A DNA stretch of 63,649 bases from Promethearchaeota archaeon (GTDB lineage Archaea; Asgardarchaeota; Lokiarchaeia; Sigyniarchaeales; SOKP01): NCBI GenBank assembly GCA_019057795.1, contig JAHLWS010000063.1:1-63649 (forward strand). Direction: 5' to 3'. The translations under genes were made by a program, and so were the position numbers. The notes under the pieces were generated by a model that worked only from the letters and a program-made list of their open reading frames with translations, was not told where the DNA came from and made no database searches. Shown piece by piece: positions 39,603 through 50,425 of this stretch. Numbering within the stretch: the stretch's first letter is position 1; each line of letters begins with the position of its first letter.

Positions 39603-40505
39603 ATGAATGAACAATTGCTACACTTTTTAGAAAATGCTTTTGCCGACAGTGAACTCAACCGCCTTCCCGAGAAATTTGGGGGAGGAAGAATTTTTACATC
39701 TCCTTTAATTGGGGTTGTTGCTGGAGATGACCCAATATTTTTAAAATTCAAGGAAGTAGTAGGACCAGAACATTTTACACCTCCTGAGATGTGGAAAGAA
39801 TGTGGTCAGGAAGAATTACTCGCTGAACAACTTCGCATAGTATCTATAGTTTTCCCATACGTTAAAAAGATTCGTGACGAGAGCAAAAATATTATTCAAT
39901 TACCCCGTGTAACTTTACCAGCTGATATCTATTCTGTAGGGCGGAACTATGCTAACGAATTTATGGTTTATATTTTAAAACAATGTATTTCATATTTTCA
40001 AGAAATAGGATTTATGGCTGCAGCTGGAGTGCTTAATGAAGTCTATACTATTGTTACAAAAGGAACTTTTTATTCAACTTGGTCTGAACGGCATATTGCA
40101 TTCGCAACTGGGTTAGGAACTTTCAGTTTACACGAAGGTCTTATAACTGAGGTCGGGTGTAACATACGGTTAGCTTCAGTAATCACTAACGCGTCACTTG
40201 AAATAACACCACGAAAATATAAAGAGCCGTATTCCAATTGTCTATACTTTACAGAAGGTACTTGCAAGACATGTATAGAAAAATGTCCCGCTAATGCAAT
40301 AACCGAAAATGGGCACGATAAAACAAAATGCTACAATTATGGTCAAAAAATAGCAAGAAAAATGAAAATTCGCCATGAATCGCTCCTTAAACCTACCATC
40401 CGTCGAGTTAATGGAAAGTTAAGACCTCCAGTTTACCCCGTTGGTTGCGCATTTTGTCAATTTGGGGTTCCTTGTATGGATAAAAACCCAACATCTAATG
40501 AATAA
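39603..40505 (+). CDS. QueG-like (epoxyqueuosine reductase superfamily) Fe-S protein
   Basis: WSERHIAFATGLG, CKTCIEKCP, CAFCQFGVPC. Confidence 0.8.
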   Translation: MNEQLLHFLENAFADSELNRLPEKFGGGRIFTSPLIGVVAGDDPIFLKFKEVVGPEHFTPPEMWKECGQEELLAEQLRIVSIVFPYVKKIRDESKNIIQLPRVTLPADIYSVGRNYANEFMVYILKQCISYFQEIGFMAAAGVLNEVYTIVTKGTFYSTWSERHIAFATGLGTFSLHEGLITEVGCNIRLASVITNASLEITPRKYKEPYSNCLYFTEGTCKTCIEKCPANAITENGHDKTKCYNYGQKIARKMKIRHESLLKPTIRRVNGKLRPPVYPVGCAFCQFGVPCMDKNPTSNE

Positions 40506-40517
40506 TTGTTATTCTAT

Positions 40518-42041
40518 TTAGGTAGCAGCAACTCTCTTAGGAAATTTGGATTGTGCCTTAAGATTTTCATGCAATAATTTATTTACCAACTTGAATCTTT
40601 TTTCTCGGAAATCTTTTTTTTCCCATAAATTATTCAATTCATGAGGGTCGTTTTTACGATCGTAAATATCGCCAAAATTGTCTAACCCTTCGTAAACAGT
40701 TAACTTATAATCTTCAGTAATTAAATGCCTTATCCGGGCTTCCAGAGGACCGACTTCTTCGTCGTTCTCTATTAAAACGCAATCTCTAATTTTCTTGGCT
40801 GGATTTTCTAAGACTTGAGACATATCAAAACCTTGCATATAAGGTGGGTGGTGTCGTTCTTTTACATTTAAAAGGTTAAGAATCGTTTTAGGAAGATCAA
40901 TAGTACTAACTAAAGATTGAGACACTCCTGGCTTTGTTAATCCGGGTACTTTCCAAATTAAAGGGATGTGGCAAGGTCCTATGAAAGGACATGGTCCTTT
41001 GAATAGCAAGCCATGATCACCCATTAAATCGCCGTGGTCGCTGGTAAAAATAACCATTGTATTTTCTGAATTCCCATATTTTTCCAAAGACGCTAATATT
41101 TTGCCTACGCAATAATCTACATACGCAATAGCTGCGTAAGTTAAAGCAGTAATCTTGCGAACCTCTTCTTCCGTTGATTCTCGTATGAACGCTTTTTTAA
41201 ACGGCGGATTTTTTAAATGATATCCTAAATATTTATGGCGATATAAATTCTTTGCATCTTGAAAACTTGCGGGGAGTTCTATATCTTCTGATTTATACAA
41301 GTCTCGAAATCTCTTAGGTGGATATAGAGGATAGTGTGGATCTGGAAAAGAACAATGCAAATAAAACGGCTTATCTCCATAATCACCCTTGGCATATCTT
41401 TCGAGGAAAGCAATTGTTCGTTCTTGAACATAGGTAGTATTGTATAAATCTTCTGGTATTCCGTCGCAATATAAACTGAAAAGATTGTCGTAATTCTGAA
41501 CTCTTTTTTTCATTTCATCTGCAATTTTGGGGGCTCTCTCTTCCAACCATTCTGTATAATGGCCAGCGCACACAGTACCATTTCCAGAAATCATTTCCAC
41601 TTCGTCGTAACCATAATAGGGGAGGGGAAAATTCTTTCCCACAGGATCGTTTTTACCTTTATCAACCGCCCAACTAATTAAACTTTCGGCAGATTTTGTT
41701 TTGTGCTTAAATGGACCTAGCCAAAATTGATGGTGTATTTTTCCAATAGCCGCAGTATGCCACCCTCTTTTTTGAAGCGTTTTTGTAATGGTAGGAAGGT
41801 CTTCTGGTAAATTAATTCCGTTGCTTCTAACGCCATGCACATTTGGATATAGTCCCGTGAGTAAAGTTGCTCTATTAGGCATGCAAATTGGATTAGTACA
41901 ATAATAATTAGTAAATCTCACTCCTTCGCTTGCTAATCTATCGAGGTTTGGCGTTTTTAGAATAGGGTTTCCAGCACATCCTAAATGATCAGCTCTTTGG
42001 GCATCAGTTATTATAAATAATACATTCATTTTTTCGCTCAT
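40518..42041 (-). CDS. Cys-type sulfatase, paralog of 34435-35964
   Basis: CMPNRATLLTG and long near-identical stretches shared with the other copy. Confidence 0.92.
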   Translation of the reverse strand: MSEKMNVLFIITDAQRADHLGCAGNPILKTPNLDRLASEGVRFTNYYCTNPICMPNRATLLTGLYPNVHGVRSNGINLPEDLPTITKTLQKRGWHTAAIGKIHHQFWLGPFKHKTKSAESLISWAVDKGKNDPVGKNFPLPYYGYDEVEMISGNGTVCAGHYTEWLEERAPKIADEMKKRVQNYDNLFSLYCDGIPEDLYNTTYVQERTIAFLERYAKGDYGDKPFYLHCSFPDPHYPLYPPKRFRDLYKSEDIELPASFQDAKNLYRHKYLGYHLKNPPFKKAFIRESTEEEVRKITALTYAAIAYVDYCVGKILASLEKYGNSENTMVIFTSDHGDLMGDHGLLFKGPCPFIGPCHIPLIWKVPGLTKPGVSQSLVSTIDLPKTILNLLNVKERHHPPYMQGFDMSQVLENPAKKIRDCVLIENDEEVGPLEARIRHLITEDYKLTVYEGLDNFGDIYDRKNDPHELNNLWEKKDFREKRFKLVNKLLHENLKAQSKFPKRVAAT

Positions 42042-42154
42042 AATAATCAGGCAGAAGAATTTTTCTTATAAAGTTATGTTTTAATGTATAATTTAGATTT
42101 CGATGTTTAGAAATATAAAGTTAGCCTATAAAAAAGAAGAAAAGAAATTTTGAT

Positions 42155-44404
42155 TTAAATTATAGGTTGAAAAATTTTCTTATCTATTAAAGAGAATATT
42201 GTTTCGACATCCTTTGAATTAAATCCTTTTTCTTGCATTAGTTGAGTAGTGAAACAATATTTTGACTTGTTTTTTTTCATTGAAATCATAGCTCTACCTA
42301 TCATTGCCTTCTCAGTAGAAGAAATTTTAGTTTTACCCGTTCCTACAACTTTTAATGGGTATAAAAAGGAAGTTCCAAAATGTTTCTTAATTAAATCTTC
42401 CATATTTTTGAATGGTTGTAAGTTTCCTTTAAATTCCTTTAGATGAGTCCCATATTTTTCTTCTATTTCGTAAGATAAAGCCTCTATTGAACCAAAAAAT
42501 TGTTGGGAAGGAAGATCTTTCATTATAAAGATTATTCTAAAGTTTTTAAAATCTGACATTATAATTTTAGAATTTTTATATTCGAGTTTAATAGTTTGTG
42601 AGTGTTCATCAGAACCAGTAATATCTAATCCGAAGGTTCTTATTGCTTCTAAAAACCCAGATATTAACGTTGTATTCAATTTTTTGTCAGTGAAGACTTG
42701 ATCGTATATATTTAAAGAAGATTGCTTCTCTATAATAAGCAAATAGTTCAAATTCAAAATATCCAAGCATCTATTGTAAATAGCTTCTTTCCGAGCAGCG
42801 CTTTTTTTCCTGCTTTTTTTAATTAGCATGTAAGACGATGCTGATACCGCAGAAGTTAAACCAATAACTATACCGACTGAAACTACTAAAAACCAATCTA
42901 TTTCAAAAGGTAGAGTGATTACAAATATCTGAGTTGTAACTCCAGCGTCGGTACCGTTGAACCAATAAATGTAAGCTTTATAATCTCCGTCTAAAGCACT
43001 TGATGGGATAATGTAAGTAAACGAATTTGATTCTGAGGTTATAGTATTATTACTCGTGTAAATTTTATCGTGAAATGGGTCGTTTAAAATAAAAGTATAA
43101 TTTCCATTCAACAAGGGCTCTGAGATAAAGAATTTTAATTCTTGACCTGCTAAAAATTCGGTTCTACTTACATCGAGACCAAAATCAATTTTTGATGAAC
43201 GAGCGGTTATTTCCCATAAATCACCTTCTGAAATTAGGTTAGTAGAAATGAAGATATCGTTTTCAATATAATTAATATCAACTATACCCGTGATATTAAT
43301 ATCATTCCTTAACACATTAATATTAAACCAATTTTGAGGAAAGTTAAATTTCACGATATAATTAGAAAATTCGGGGTTGATCAAAGGAATTACGCTCCAG
43401 TTGTTATTATGGGTTTCTGATATCTGAAGAGTTCCTGGAGAAGGTAAGTAATTTTCTAATTCAAGGATGTAACTTGCATTAAACATTATTTCAACAGATT
43501 GATTATGATAAACCGGGATAAATAAATCAGTTTGATTTAGATGTAGGTTAATATTAGATATTTCCACTTTTCCGCTTCCAGGTAAATCGTTAGTTACATT
43601 ATATAAATTACCATTGACTACTATAGTCATATTAATAGCTTCCGGATTATATGATTGTTCGGTTCTTTGTATTAATTTATGCCTAAAAGGTTTACCCTGC
43701 CCTTCAATGGACCAAACACTACCATCGTATTTAGATGTATTCAGGTTTGTATGGATTGAATCATCCTCGTTTAAATACCAATAATGATCGGAATTATCAT
43801 TTGTTGCATATGCAGAACCATTGACTACTAAATAATAGCTTCCTTTCGAAAGATGTATTGGTTCTGGAAACGATTGAACGTACCAATTGGGAATGCTTGA
43901 TATATTAATTGGCACTGGTTCACCATATACCGTATTATTCGGGCAATCGCTTAATTGGTCATATCCATTAATTTGGACATACACAGGGCTAATCGATTTC
44001 CCTTCTAAATACCCATATATATGAACTCCTAAGAGCGTAATATCTTCTGTGATGTTGAGTTGAACCCCATAACCTTTCATACTTTTATATATTGATCTAA
44101 AACTTGACCCTCCTTCTTCAATTGAAATTAGTTCTTCTCCTAATTTAATATCGGTAAAGTCAAGTTCTAAATTAGTAATATTCCATTTCGTACTAGGGAG
44201 ACTTATGTTTATATTATTTGTATTTGTTTGAATACTAGAAAAGTTTGTAAATTCTTGTATGCTATAATTAACATCAATAGTTAAAGAATCTCCATTACTT
44301 TGAGCGTTAGCGTTATTCAGGTGTAAATTTAACCCTAGTAAAAAAACTAGCAACATCATGTTAATAATGATTAAAACTTTTGCTTTCCTCAATATTAATC
44401 CCAT
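42155..44404 (-). CDS. Single-pass surface protein with cytoplasmic longin-like domain
   Basis: Signal peptide, Asn-rich beta ectodomain, TM, then LLIIEKQSSLNIY..LISGFLEAIRTFG. Confidence 0.75.
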   Translation of the reverse strand: MGLILRKAKVLIIINMMLLVFLLGLNLHLNNANAQSNGDSLTIDVNYSIQEFTNFSSIQTNTNNINISLPSTKWNITNLELDFTDIKLGEELISIEEGGSSFRSIYKSMKGYGVQLNITEDITLLGVHIYGYLEGKSISPVYVQINGYDQLSDCPNNTVYGEPVPINISSIPNWYVQSFPEPIHLSKGSYYLVVNGSAYATNDNSDHYWYLNEDDSIHTNLNTSKYDGSVWSIEGQGKPFRHKLIQRTEQSYNPEAINMTIVVNGNLYNVTNDLPGSGKVEISNINLHLNQTDLFIPVYHNQSVEIMFNASYILELENYLPSPGTLQISETHNNNWSVIPLINPEFSNYIVKFNFPQNWFNINVLRNDINITGIVDINYIENDIFISTNLISEGDLWEITARSSKIDFGLDVSRTEFLAGQELKFFISEPLLNGNYTFILNDPFHDKIYTSNNTITSESNSFTYIIPSSALDGDYKAYIYWFNGTDAGVTTQIFVITLPFEIDWFLVVSVGIVIGLTSAVSASSYMLIKKSRKKSAARKEAIYNRCLDILNLNYLLIIEKQSSLNIYDQVFTDKKLNTTLISGFLEAIRTFGLDITGSDEHSQTIKLEYKNSKIIMSDFKNFRIIFIMKDLPSQQFFGSIEALSYEIEEKYGTHLKEFKGNLQPFKNMEDLIKKHFGTSFLYPLKVVGTGKTKISSTEKAMIGRAMISMKKNKSKYCFTTQLMQEKGFNSKDVETIFSLIDKKIFQPII

Positions 44405-44770
44405 ATTTTTTATACTAAATTGTAATATTTTTTTTATTGTCTTCTTAGAGATAATAGTATCTTCTAAAAATTTAATTAAAGATTTTTAATTTCGTAATAA
44501 ACGAACAATAAATTCCTTATGTCTTTTTACATATCATATAAAATCATCTATTTAAATGTTTGATGTATAAATTTCTCCAATTATTTGTTGAACAAAAAAG
44601 ACACTCTTTATTTATTATATTTATTTTAGTTTAATTTTTCTCAATTTTTAGGGCTCATAATTGCTACTATATTAAAGAACATATCAAAAAACAATTTATG
44701 TAAAAAAGAGATATTATTTTAATACGAAGACTGTTATTTTTCAATAGAACAATAGAAATTTTCAATAATC

Positions 44771-46021
44771 ATGGCAAAAAAGTCGTTAAAAAAACCAGAA
44801 TTACTCGCTCCAGCACAAGATTGGACTTCCTTAAGAAATGTTACTGGATTAGCTGATGCTATTTATTTTGGCGTCAAGAAATATAATATGAGAGCTAAAG
44901 CTAAAAATTTCGAAAGAGGTGAACTTAAAGAGATAGTAAAATTCTGTCATAATCAAAAACCACCATTGAAAGCATATTTGGCGACAAACATCTTAATCTA
45001 CGATTCTGAATTGCAAGATTTAGAGAAATTGATATTAGAAGCAAAGAAAGCGGGTATAGACGCTATAATTGCTCACGATTTAGCGGTAATAAAGTTTGCT
45101 AAACGCGAAAAACTAAGATTTCACATCTCAACCCAAGCAAACGTATCTAACGTTGAATCTGCTAAATTTTTTGAAGATGTGGGCGCTGAGAGAATAATTT
45201 TAGCCAGAGAGCTATCTCTTAAACAAATAAAGCTTATTAAACATCATTTAGCTAAGACGCAAATTGAATGCTTTGTTCACGGCTCGATGTGTACTTCGAT
45301 TTCAGGTCGATGCTATCTATCAGCTACAATCTGTGATTCTGAAGAGTTTTCGGCAAACCGAGGTAATTGTGTTCAGCCGTGTAGAAGAGAGTGGCGAGTA
45401 ATTGACTATGAAAATAATGAATTCATATACGACGGGCAAATGTTCTTGAACGCAAAAGATCTCTGTATGATTGAATATATTCCAGAATTAATTGAAGCTA
45501 ATATTAATGTTTTCAAAATTGAAGGTAGAATGAAAGATCCACTATATATAGAAACGGTAACTAAGTGTTACCGAGAAGCAATAGACAGCTATTTTGAAAA
45601 TACTTTCTCAAAAGAAAAGGTTCGCGACTGGTTAGAAAGGTTAGCTAAAGTCTATAATCGCGGGTTTCACACAGGATTTTATTTTCACAGACCAACAATT
45701 GAAGATGTTGAATTAGAAAGCAGAGGAAATATATCCCCATATAAAAAACACTATCTTGGAAAGATATTATCGTTTAACGAAAATAGCATGACAGCAAATG
45801 TATTAATTGAAATCAAAGAATTTAATCTAGAACTAGGAAACGAAATCATTATTGTGGGTGATAACACTTATCATCATCAAAAAATTAAACATATGGTCTT
45901 TAAGGGTGAAAAAATTAAAAACATTTATAAAAAAAGATACGATAACCCTTTTAAAGTAAACATGCGCTTAAGTAAGAAAGTTAGGAAAGAAGATAAAATT
46001 TATATCATGTATCGGACATAA
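44771..46021 (+). CDS. U32-family protein (Fe-S hydroxylase type)
   Basis: ELLAPA, HISTQ, ECFVHGSMC..SGRC, CVQPCR, KIEGR. Confidence 0.92.
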   Translation: MAKKSLKKPELLAPAQDWTSLRNVTGLADAIYFGVKKYNMRAKAKNFERGELKEIVKFCHNQKPPLKAYLATNILIYDSELQDLEKLILEAKKAGIDAIIAHDLAVIKFAKREKLRFHISTQANVSNVESAKFFEDVGAERIILARELSLKQIKLIKHHLAKTQIECFVHGSMCTSISGRCYLSATICDSEEFSANRGNCVQPCRREWRVIDYENNEFIYDGQMFLNAKDLCMIEYIPELIEANINVFKIEGRMKDPLYIETVTKCYREAIDSYFENTFSKEKVRDWLERLAKVYNRGFHTGFYFHRPTIEDVELESRGNISPYKKHYLGKILSFNENSMTANVLIEIKEFNLELGNEIIIVGDNTYHHQKIKHMVFKGEKIKNIYKKRYDNPFKVNMRLSKKVRKEDKIYIMYRT

Positions 46022-46079
46022 ATCAAATGTTTTAAATTAAGAATCAATAATAAATAATGTATTAAGGCGGAGATTTTTT

Positions 46080-46751
46080 ATGGAATTTGAAGAAAAAAGG
46101 AAAAATTTAGTAGAAAGCCTTAAAAAGCGAAATATTTTGACCAAACCGAATGTAATTAAGGCAATGTTAAAAGTCCCCCGCCATAAATTTTTAGCTGAAG
46201 GAGCTATATCTTCGGCTTATATAGATTCACCACTTTCCATAGGTATGTCGCAAACTATTAGCGCTCCACACATGAACGCAATGATGTGTGAGTTGTTAAA
46301 ACTAAAGGAAGGTGATAAAGTTCTAGAGATTGGAACCGGTTCAGGATATCACGCCGCTTTGTGTGCTGAGATCATAGCTCCAAAGAATTCACAAAATCCT
46401 GGACATGTATACACAATAGAACGACACTTAGAGTTAGCAGATAGAGCTAAAATTAGATTAATTAATGCGGGTTACGGTGATTCTGTTACAGTCATCCATG
46501 GAGATGGAACCTTAGGACACCCTCAAGAAGCACCCTATGATAAGATTTTAGTAACTGCATCATCTCCTAAAAAAGTACCTCCTCCCTTAAAAAAACAATT
46601 AAAAGATGGAGGTATTCTATGCATTCCTGCAGGTTCGAAAGAATGGGGTCAAGATCTCTATGTAATTTCTAAAAAAGGAAAAGATTTTGAACAAGAGAAG
46701 ATTACTGGAGTTAGATTTGTTCCTTTAATTGGTAAATATGGATTTGATTAA
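46080..46751 (+). CDS. pcm: Protein-L-isoaspartate O-methyltransferase
   Basis: QTISAPH, LEIGTGSGY, APYD, VRFVPL. Confidence 0.95.
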   Translation: MEFEEKRKNLVESLKKRNILTKPNVIKAMLKVPRHKFLAEGAISSAYIDSPLSIGMSQTISAPHMNAMMCELLKLKEGDKVLEIGTGSGYHAALCAEIIAPKNSQNPGHVYTIERHLELADRAKIRLINAGYGDSVTVIHGDGTLGHPQEAPYDKILVTASSPKKVPPPLKKQLKDGGILCIPAGSKEWGQDLYVISKKGKDFEQEKITGVRFVPLIGKYGFD

Positions 46752-46753
46752 TT

Positions 46754-47413
46754 TTATGATTCTTTTCTTTTTTCGTTAGCTTGGTTTTGAATATATTTCA
46801 GATATTTTTCATCCTTTATTATATCCTCCTCACTGTATTTTAATCCGAATACAGGTTTAAATATCCAAATTAATATAACTGGAATAATAATATAGAGAAA
46901 GAAGTGAAAGAAAAATAATGAATAAATCCCTAAATCAATATTCCAATAGTCTTTTATACTTAAAGGAACAGTAAAGGTCAATTGAAAATTAATAGTATCG
47001 TTTATAGGAATCCCTCCCGTTTCAAGAGATATTTCTATCGTTCCATAACAAGTAAAATTTTTATTTTTGAAGAGATTGAGAAAGATACTATTCACGGAAT
47101 AACTGCTTCTTGGAGTCCCAAATTGGACTGATATTCCATATACTGGTTTAGTATCGTTTAAATATAGAATATTAATCGATAAAATTCCATAATTAACAAC
47201 ATCTCCAGTTGAGATCGGTTCAATGAAAGTGTTAATACAATATCGATTATTATATTCACGATTAAAACGTAGATGCAGATTAATACCTGCAGTACCATCG
47301 CTATAGGAGTTAAAATAATCGTCTTTTACATTGTAAACGCCAATACCAAAAACATTACTAAAGTTAAAAACAATTGGTGTGAAGGAGATTAATGCTAACA
47401 TGGAGATAATCAA
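46754..47413 (-). CDS. Hypothetical membrane-anchored protein; frame open to about 47461
   Basis: N- and C-terminal hydrophobic helices; a basic n-region is encoded upstream of the track start. Confidence 0.7.
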   Translation of the reverse strand: MIISMLALISFTPIVFNFSNVFGIGVYNVKDDYFNSYSDGTAGINLHLRFNREYNNRYCINTFIEPISTGDVVNYGILSINILYLNDTKPVYGISVQFGTPRSSYSVNSIFLNLFKNKNFTCYGTIEISLETGGIPINDTINFQLTFTVPLSIKDYWNIDLGIYSLFFFHFFLYIIIPVILIWIFKPVFGLKYSEEDIIKDEKYLKYIQNQANEKRKES

Positions 47414-47885
47414 ACTGAGTATAAAATACCTATTTCTTTTTTTTAGAGATTTTATTTTAATTCATCTCATCAAATATAATACAAATCTAAATCACTTATG
47501 TATCTTAATAAACTTTATCAAAAACATGTTAACAGTGATTAATAAAGCGAAAGATAAAATTGAACTTTTTAATTTAACCCCTGTTTACCTACAGTTTTTA
47601 GAATTAAGAATAATATAAAGAACACTACTAAGAAGACCGTTCTTTTAATCTCTTCTCCATCAGTTTTTTACGGATATTTTTAACAAATTCATTATTATCA
47701 ATCTCTTTCTTTAAAGATCCATTTGAAGAGATATAGCCATTTTTTTTCCCATTTTTATAATATCCCATAAAATTCAGAACCAGAGTAAAGATCATGAATT
47801 ATATTTGATATTAGGGTATTAATATATTTAAAGCTTACATTTTCATAAGTTATTATACAGATTTGTGGATAGGTAAAGAAAAATC

Positions 47886-50072
47886 TTAATTGATGTTAAT
47901 AATAATTTCATATTCAAAAATTTTCTTAAGTTTAAATCGAGGTAGAACATTTATCCCTTGGTATATCTTTTTATAACCCTCGTCAGTGAACGCGAATGCA
48001 ACTATCGGAAATCTATATATTTTTATGGAATCTGTATCTGCTTTAATTTGACTAGATAACGAATATTCAAAGTTCAACTTATAAGATTCGTCGTAAGCTT
48101 TAAAGTGGTGACCGGAGTATTCAAATGGTTTTAATAGTGGACTTTTTTTCCCTTCCAGAAACAACACTTGGTTACTTTCCCACTCAAATTTATTGGGATC
48201 ACCATTGAAAAAGAAAGGAAGGTCTACACCTAGATATAATCTTTCTAGTATACTTTTTAACACCTCTTCTTGCCCAGAAATTTTTTGAAAATTACCTTTT
48301 ATTGTAATAACAATCTGATTTTCCTCAACATTGATTATCTTAAGGATCCTACAAGGGTAGCGCTCACCTGATTCTGGATCTTTTACCGATCCAAACAGTT
48401 CTAATTCTAATATAGCGGATTTCCCATCTTTTTCATTTCTAATAACTTTAAATTCCCCGTCAGTAAACGTTCCGAATTCGTAGTATTGGTCAGTTTCAAG
48501 TTGTTTAAGCGATATATCGTTTTGAAAAAATCTCATTCGCAACATGCTTTTCTTATAACGATCAACCATTACCTCGTATTTATCTATTTCGTCGTCGTCG
48601 TGATACGCTTCAGGCCACCTAGTTAAAGTATTTAAAAGATTATAAGATTTTGGTTTATAGTCTAATTCAAATATAGTCCCTCCATCCGAGGGGTTTATAT
48701 ATAGGTTTAATATATCAGATTCGATTATAACATCCATTTTACTATCTTTATTGAAATCTATAGGAGTAATTGAAATATATCTGTTTGCGATCGAGAAGAT
48801 TTCTGAATTCAAGCTATCTATAATGTTTTCAGCGTTAATAAGATGAGCATACACGGAAAACCGTAAAAATTGTAAATAAACACCACCGAATAATCCATGC
48901 CAGTAACTATCGTTACATTGCGATTTATATATTTCTTCCCAAGCTTCCGCTATCTTAGTTTTAATTTCGCTTTTACTTTCCTCGTTCTTTATTTTATTTA
49001 CCTGCTTCTCAACTTGAATGAGTTTTTCTCGCACATAAAGCATTTTCTTGTGCATGTTATTAGATTCTGGATATTTAACCAAGAAATATCGCCAAAATCC
49101 TCCCTTCAAAAATAAGTATTCGTCCTGACGATTGGGATCGTCTCTAAGAATTTTTCTAATTTTCTCAAAAGCTTTCCTTTCTTTAGTTGGTAAAACCCAT
49201 TCTTCCATTTTATCGTAACTTGCTGTAGGTAGATATACCAACCCTCTTGCTTGAAATTTTTCCATATATTCCGAAAGAGTAATCGATTTAATCCATTTAT
49301 TGTTTACAATTTGTTCAAAAAACGCTGGAATAAAAGGTTTGCCGTTATCTCCTTCTTCATGTCCCTTACCCTCAACATAACAGAACTCGTGTGTAGTGCC
49401 CCAAACGCCCATTTTTTCAGCGTCAGAAATTAAAAGAGCAATCCTATCTCCTTTTTCATCGGCCATGTTTTTTAGATAATCAAAGGATAAGTAAGTGGGT
49501 TTCCATGGCGTTAGATATCTTAACGCCTCATTAATCGGAAAGATTCTAAGCGTTTTCCCCTCATCTTCAGTAATATAAGAATAAAGGGTATCTTTCTCCG
49601 TAATTCCAGTAGATCTGAAATGATTATCGTCAACGATTGTATATTTCAATCCTACTTCACTTAAAAACGAGGGATAATTTGGTTCCCAAACTCTTTCTGA
49701 TATCCAAGCCCCTTTTACATCTAATCCAAACTCTTTTTTTATTAGGTCAGATAGCTTCTTTAATTGGGCGATTTTGTCCCTATTAGGTATAATTGCAAAA
49801 ATAGGTTCGTAGTAACCTCCGCCAATTATTTCAATTTGCCCTCTTTTTGCCATAACTTTTAACATTTCTATAAAATTTGGCTTATTATTTAAGAACCACT
49901 CCAATAAATTTCCTGAAAAGTGAAGAGTAAACTTTACCTCAGGATTTATGAAAATATTCTCAATTAAGGGTTTGTATGACTTTTCATAGGCATCCTCGAT
50001 AACAAAATCCAAATTATCCACTGGTTGATGAAAGTGGAAAATTACAGCTAGGTGAATCCGTATTTCGCTCAT
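47886..50072 (-). CDS. GH57 alpha-amylase/4-alpha-glucanotransferase
   Basis: HFHQP, WISERVWEP, SDAEKMGVW, QCNDSYWHGLFGG. Confidence 0.92.
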   Translation of the reverse strand: MSEIRIHLAVIFHFHQPVDNLDFVIEDAYEKSYKPLIENIFINPEVKFTLHFSGNLLEWFLNNKPNFIEMLKVMAKRGQIEIIGGGYYEPIFAIIPNRDKIAQLKKLSDLIKKEFGLDVKGAWISERVWEPNYPSFLSEVGLKYTIVDDNHFRSTGITEKDTLYSYITEDEGKTLRIFPINEALRYLTPWKPTYLSFDYLKNMADEKGDRIALLISDAEKMGVWGTTHEFCYVEGKGHEEGDNGKPFIPAFFEQIVNNKWIKSITLSEYMEKFQARGLVYLPTASYDKMEEWVLPTKERKAFEKIRKILRDDPNRQDEYLFLKGGFWRYFLVKYPESNNMHKKMLYVREKLIQVEKQVNKIKNEESKSEIKTKIAEAWEEIYKSQCNDSYWHGLFGGVYLQFLRFSVYAHLINAENIIDSLNSEIFSIANRYISITPIDFNKDSKMDVIIESDILNLYINPSDGGTIFELDYKPKSYNLLNTLTRWPEAYHDDDEIDKYEVMVDRYKKSMLRMRFFQNDISLKQLETDQYYEFGTFTDGEFKVIRNEKDGKSAILELELFGSVKDPESGERYPCRILKIINVEENQIVITIKGNFQKISGQEEVLKSILERLYLGVDLPFFFNGDPNKFEWESNQVLFLEGKKSPLLKPFEYSGHHFKAYDESYKLNFEYSLSSQIKADTDSIKIYRFPIVAFAFTDEGYKKIYQGINVLPRFKLKKIFEYEIIININ

Positions 50073-50425
50073 AATTAGTAAATTATAAATTTTTTTATTA
50101 TAAAAAAATTAAGATTTGATGACTTTAAATTTATTTGGTAAATAAAATATAGATAAAAAGGAATCCCCTATTTCCTACAATTTATAATTAATTGATATAT
50201 TTGAAATTATTTCTAATATTTTATTAAAGAAATTTAAAGCCTTATTTGACAAACTCTCATTAGATATAAAAGTTTAAGGTATGAATCGTTCTAAAGTAAG
50301 ATGGAATTTATATTTTATAAATTATTAAAGAAAAAGATTTGGAAAAATCAATATCTATTTCAATTTCGCTTATTAATAAATTCACATAATTATTAAAATA
50401 ATAAAATCATAATTTGTAATTAGAT

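Noticed and set aside
47627-47800. Possible remnant paralog of the 46754-47413 C-terminus (FKWIFKEKE..MEKRLKERSS*)
   Set aside because: Similarity is weak and compositional; cannot be supported without a search.
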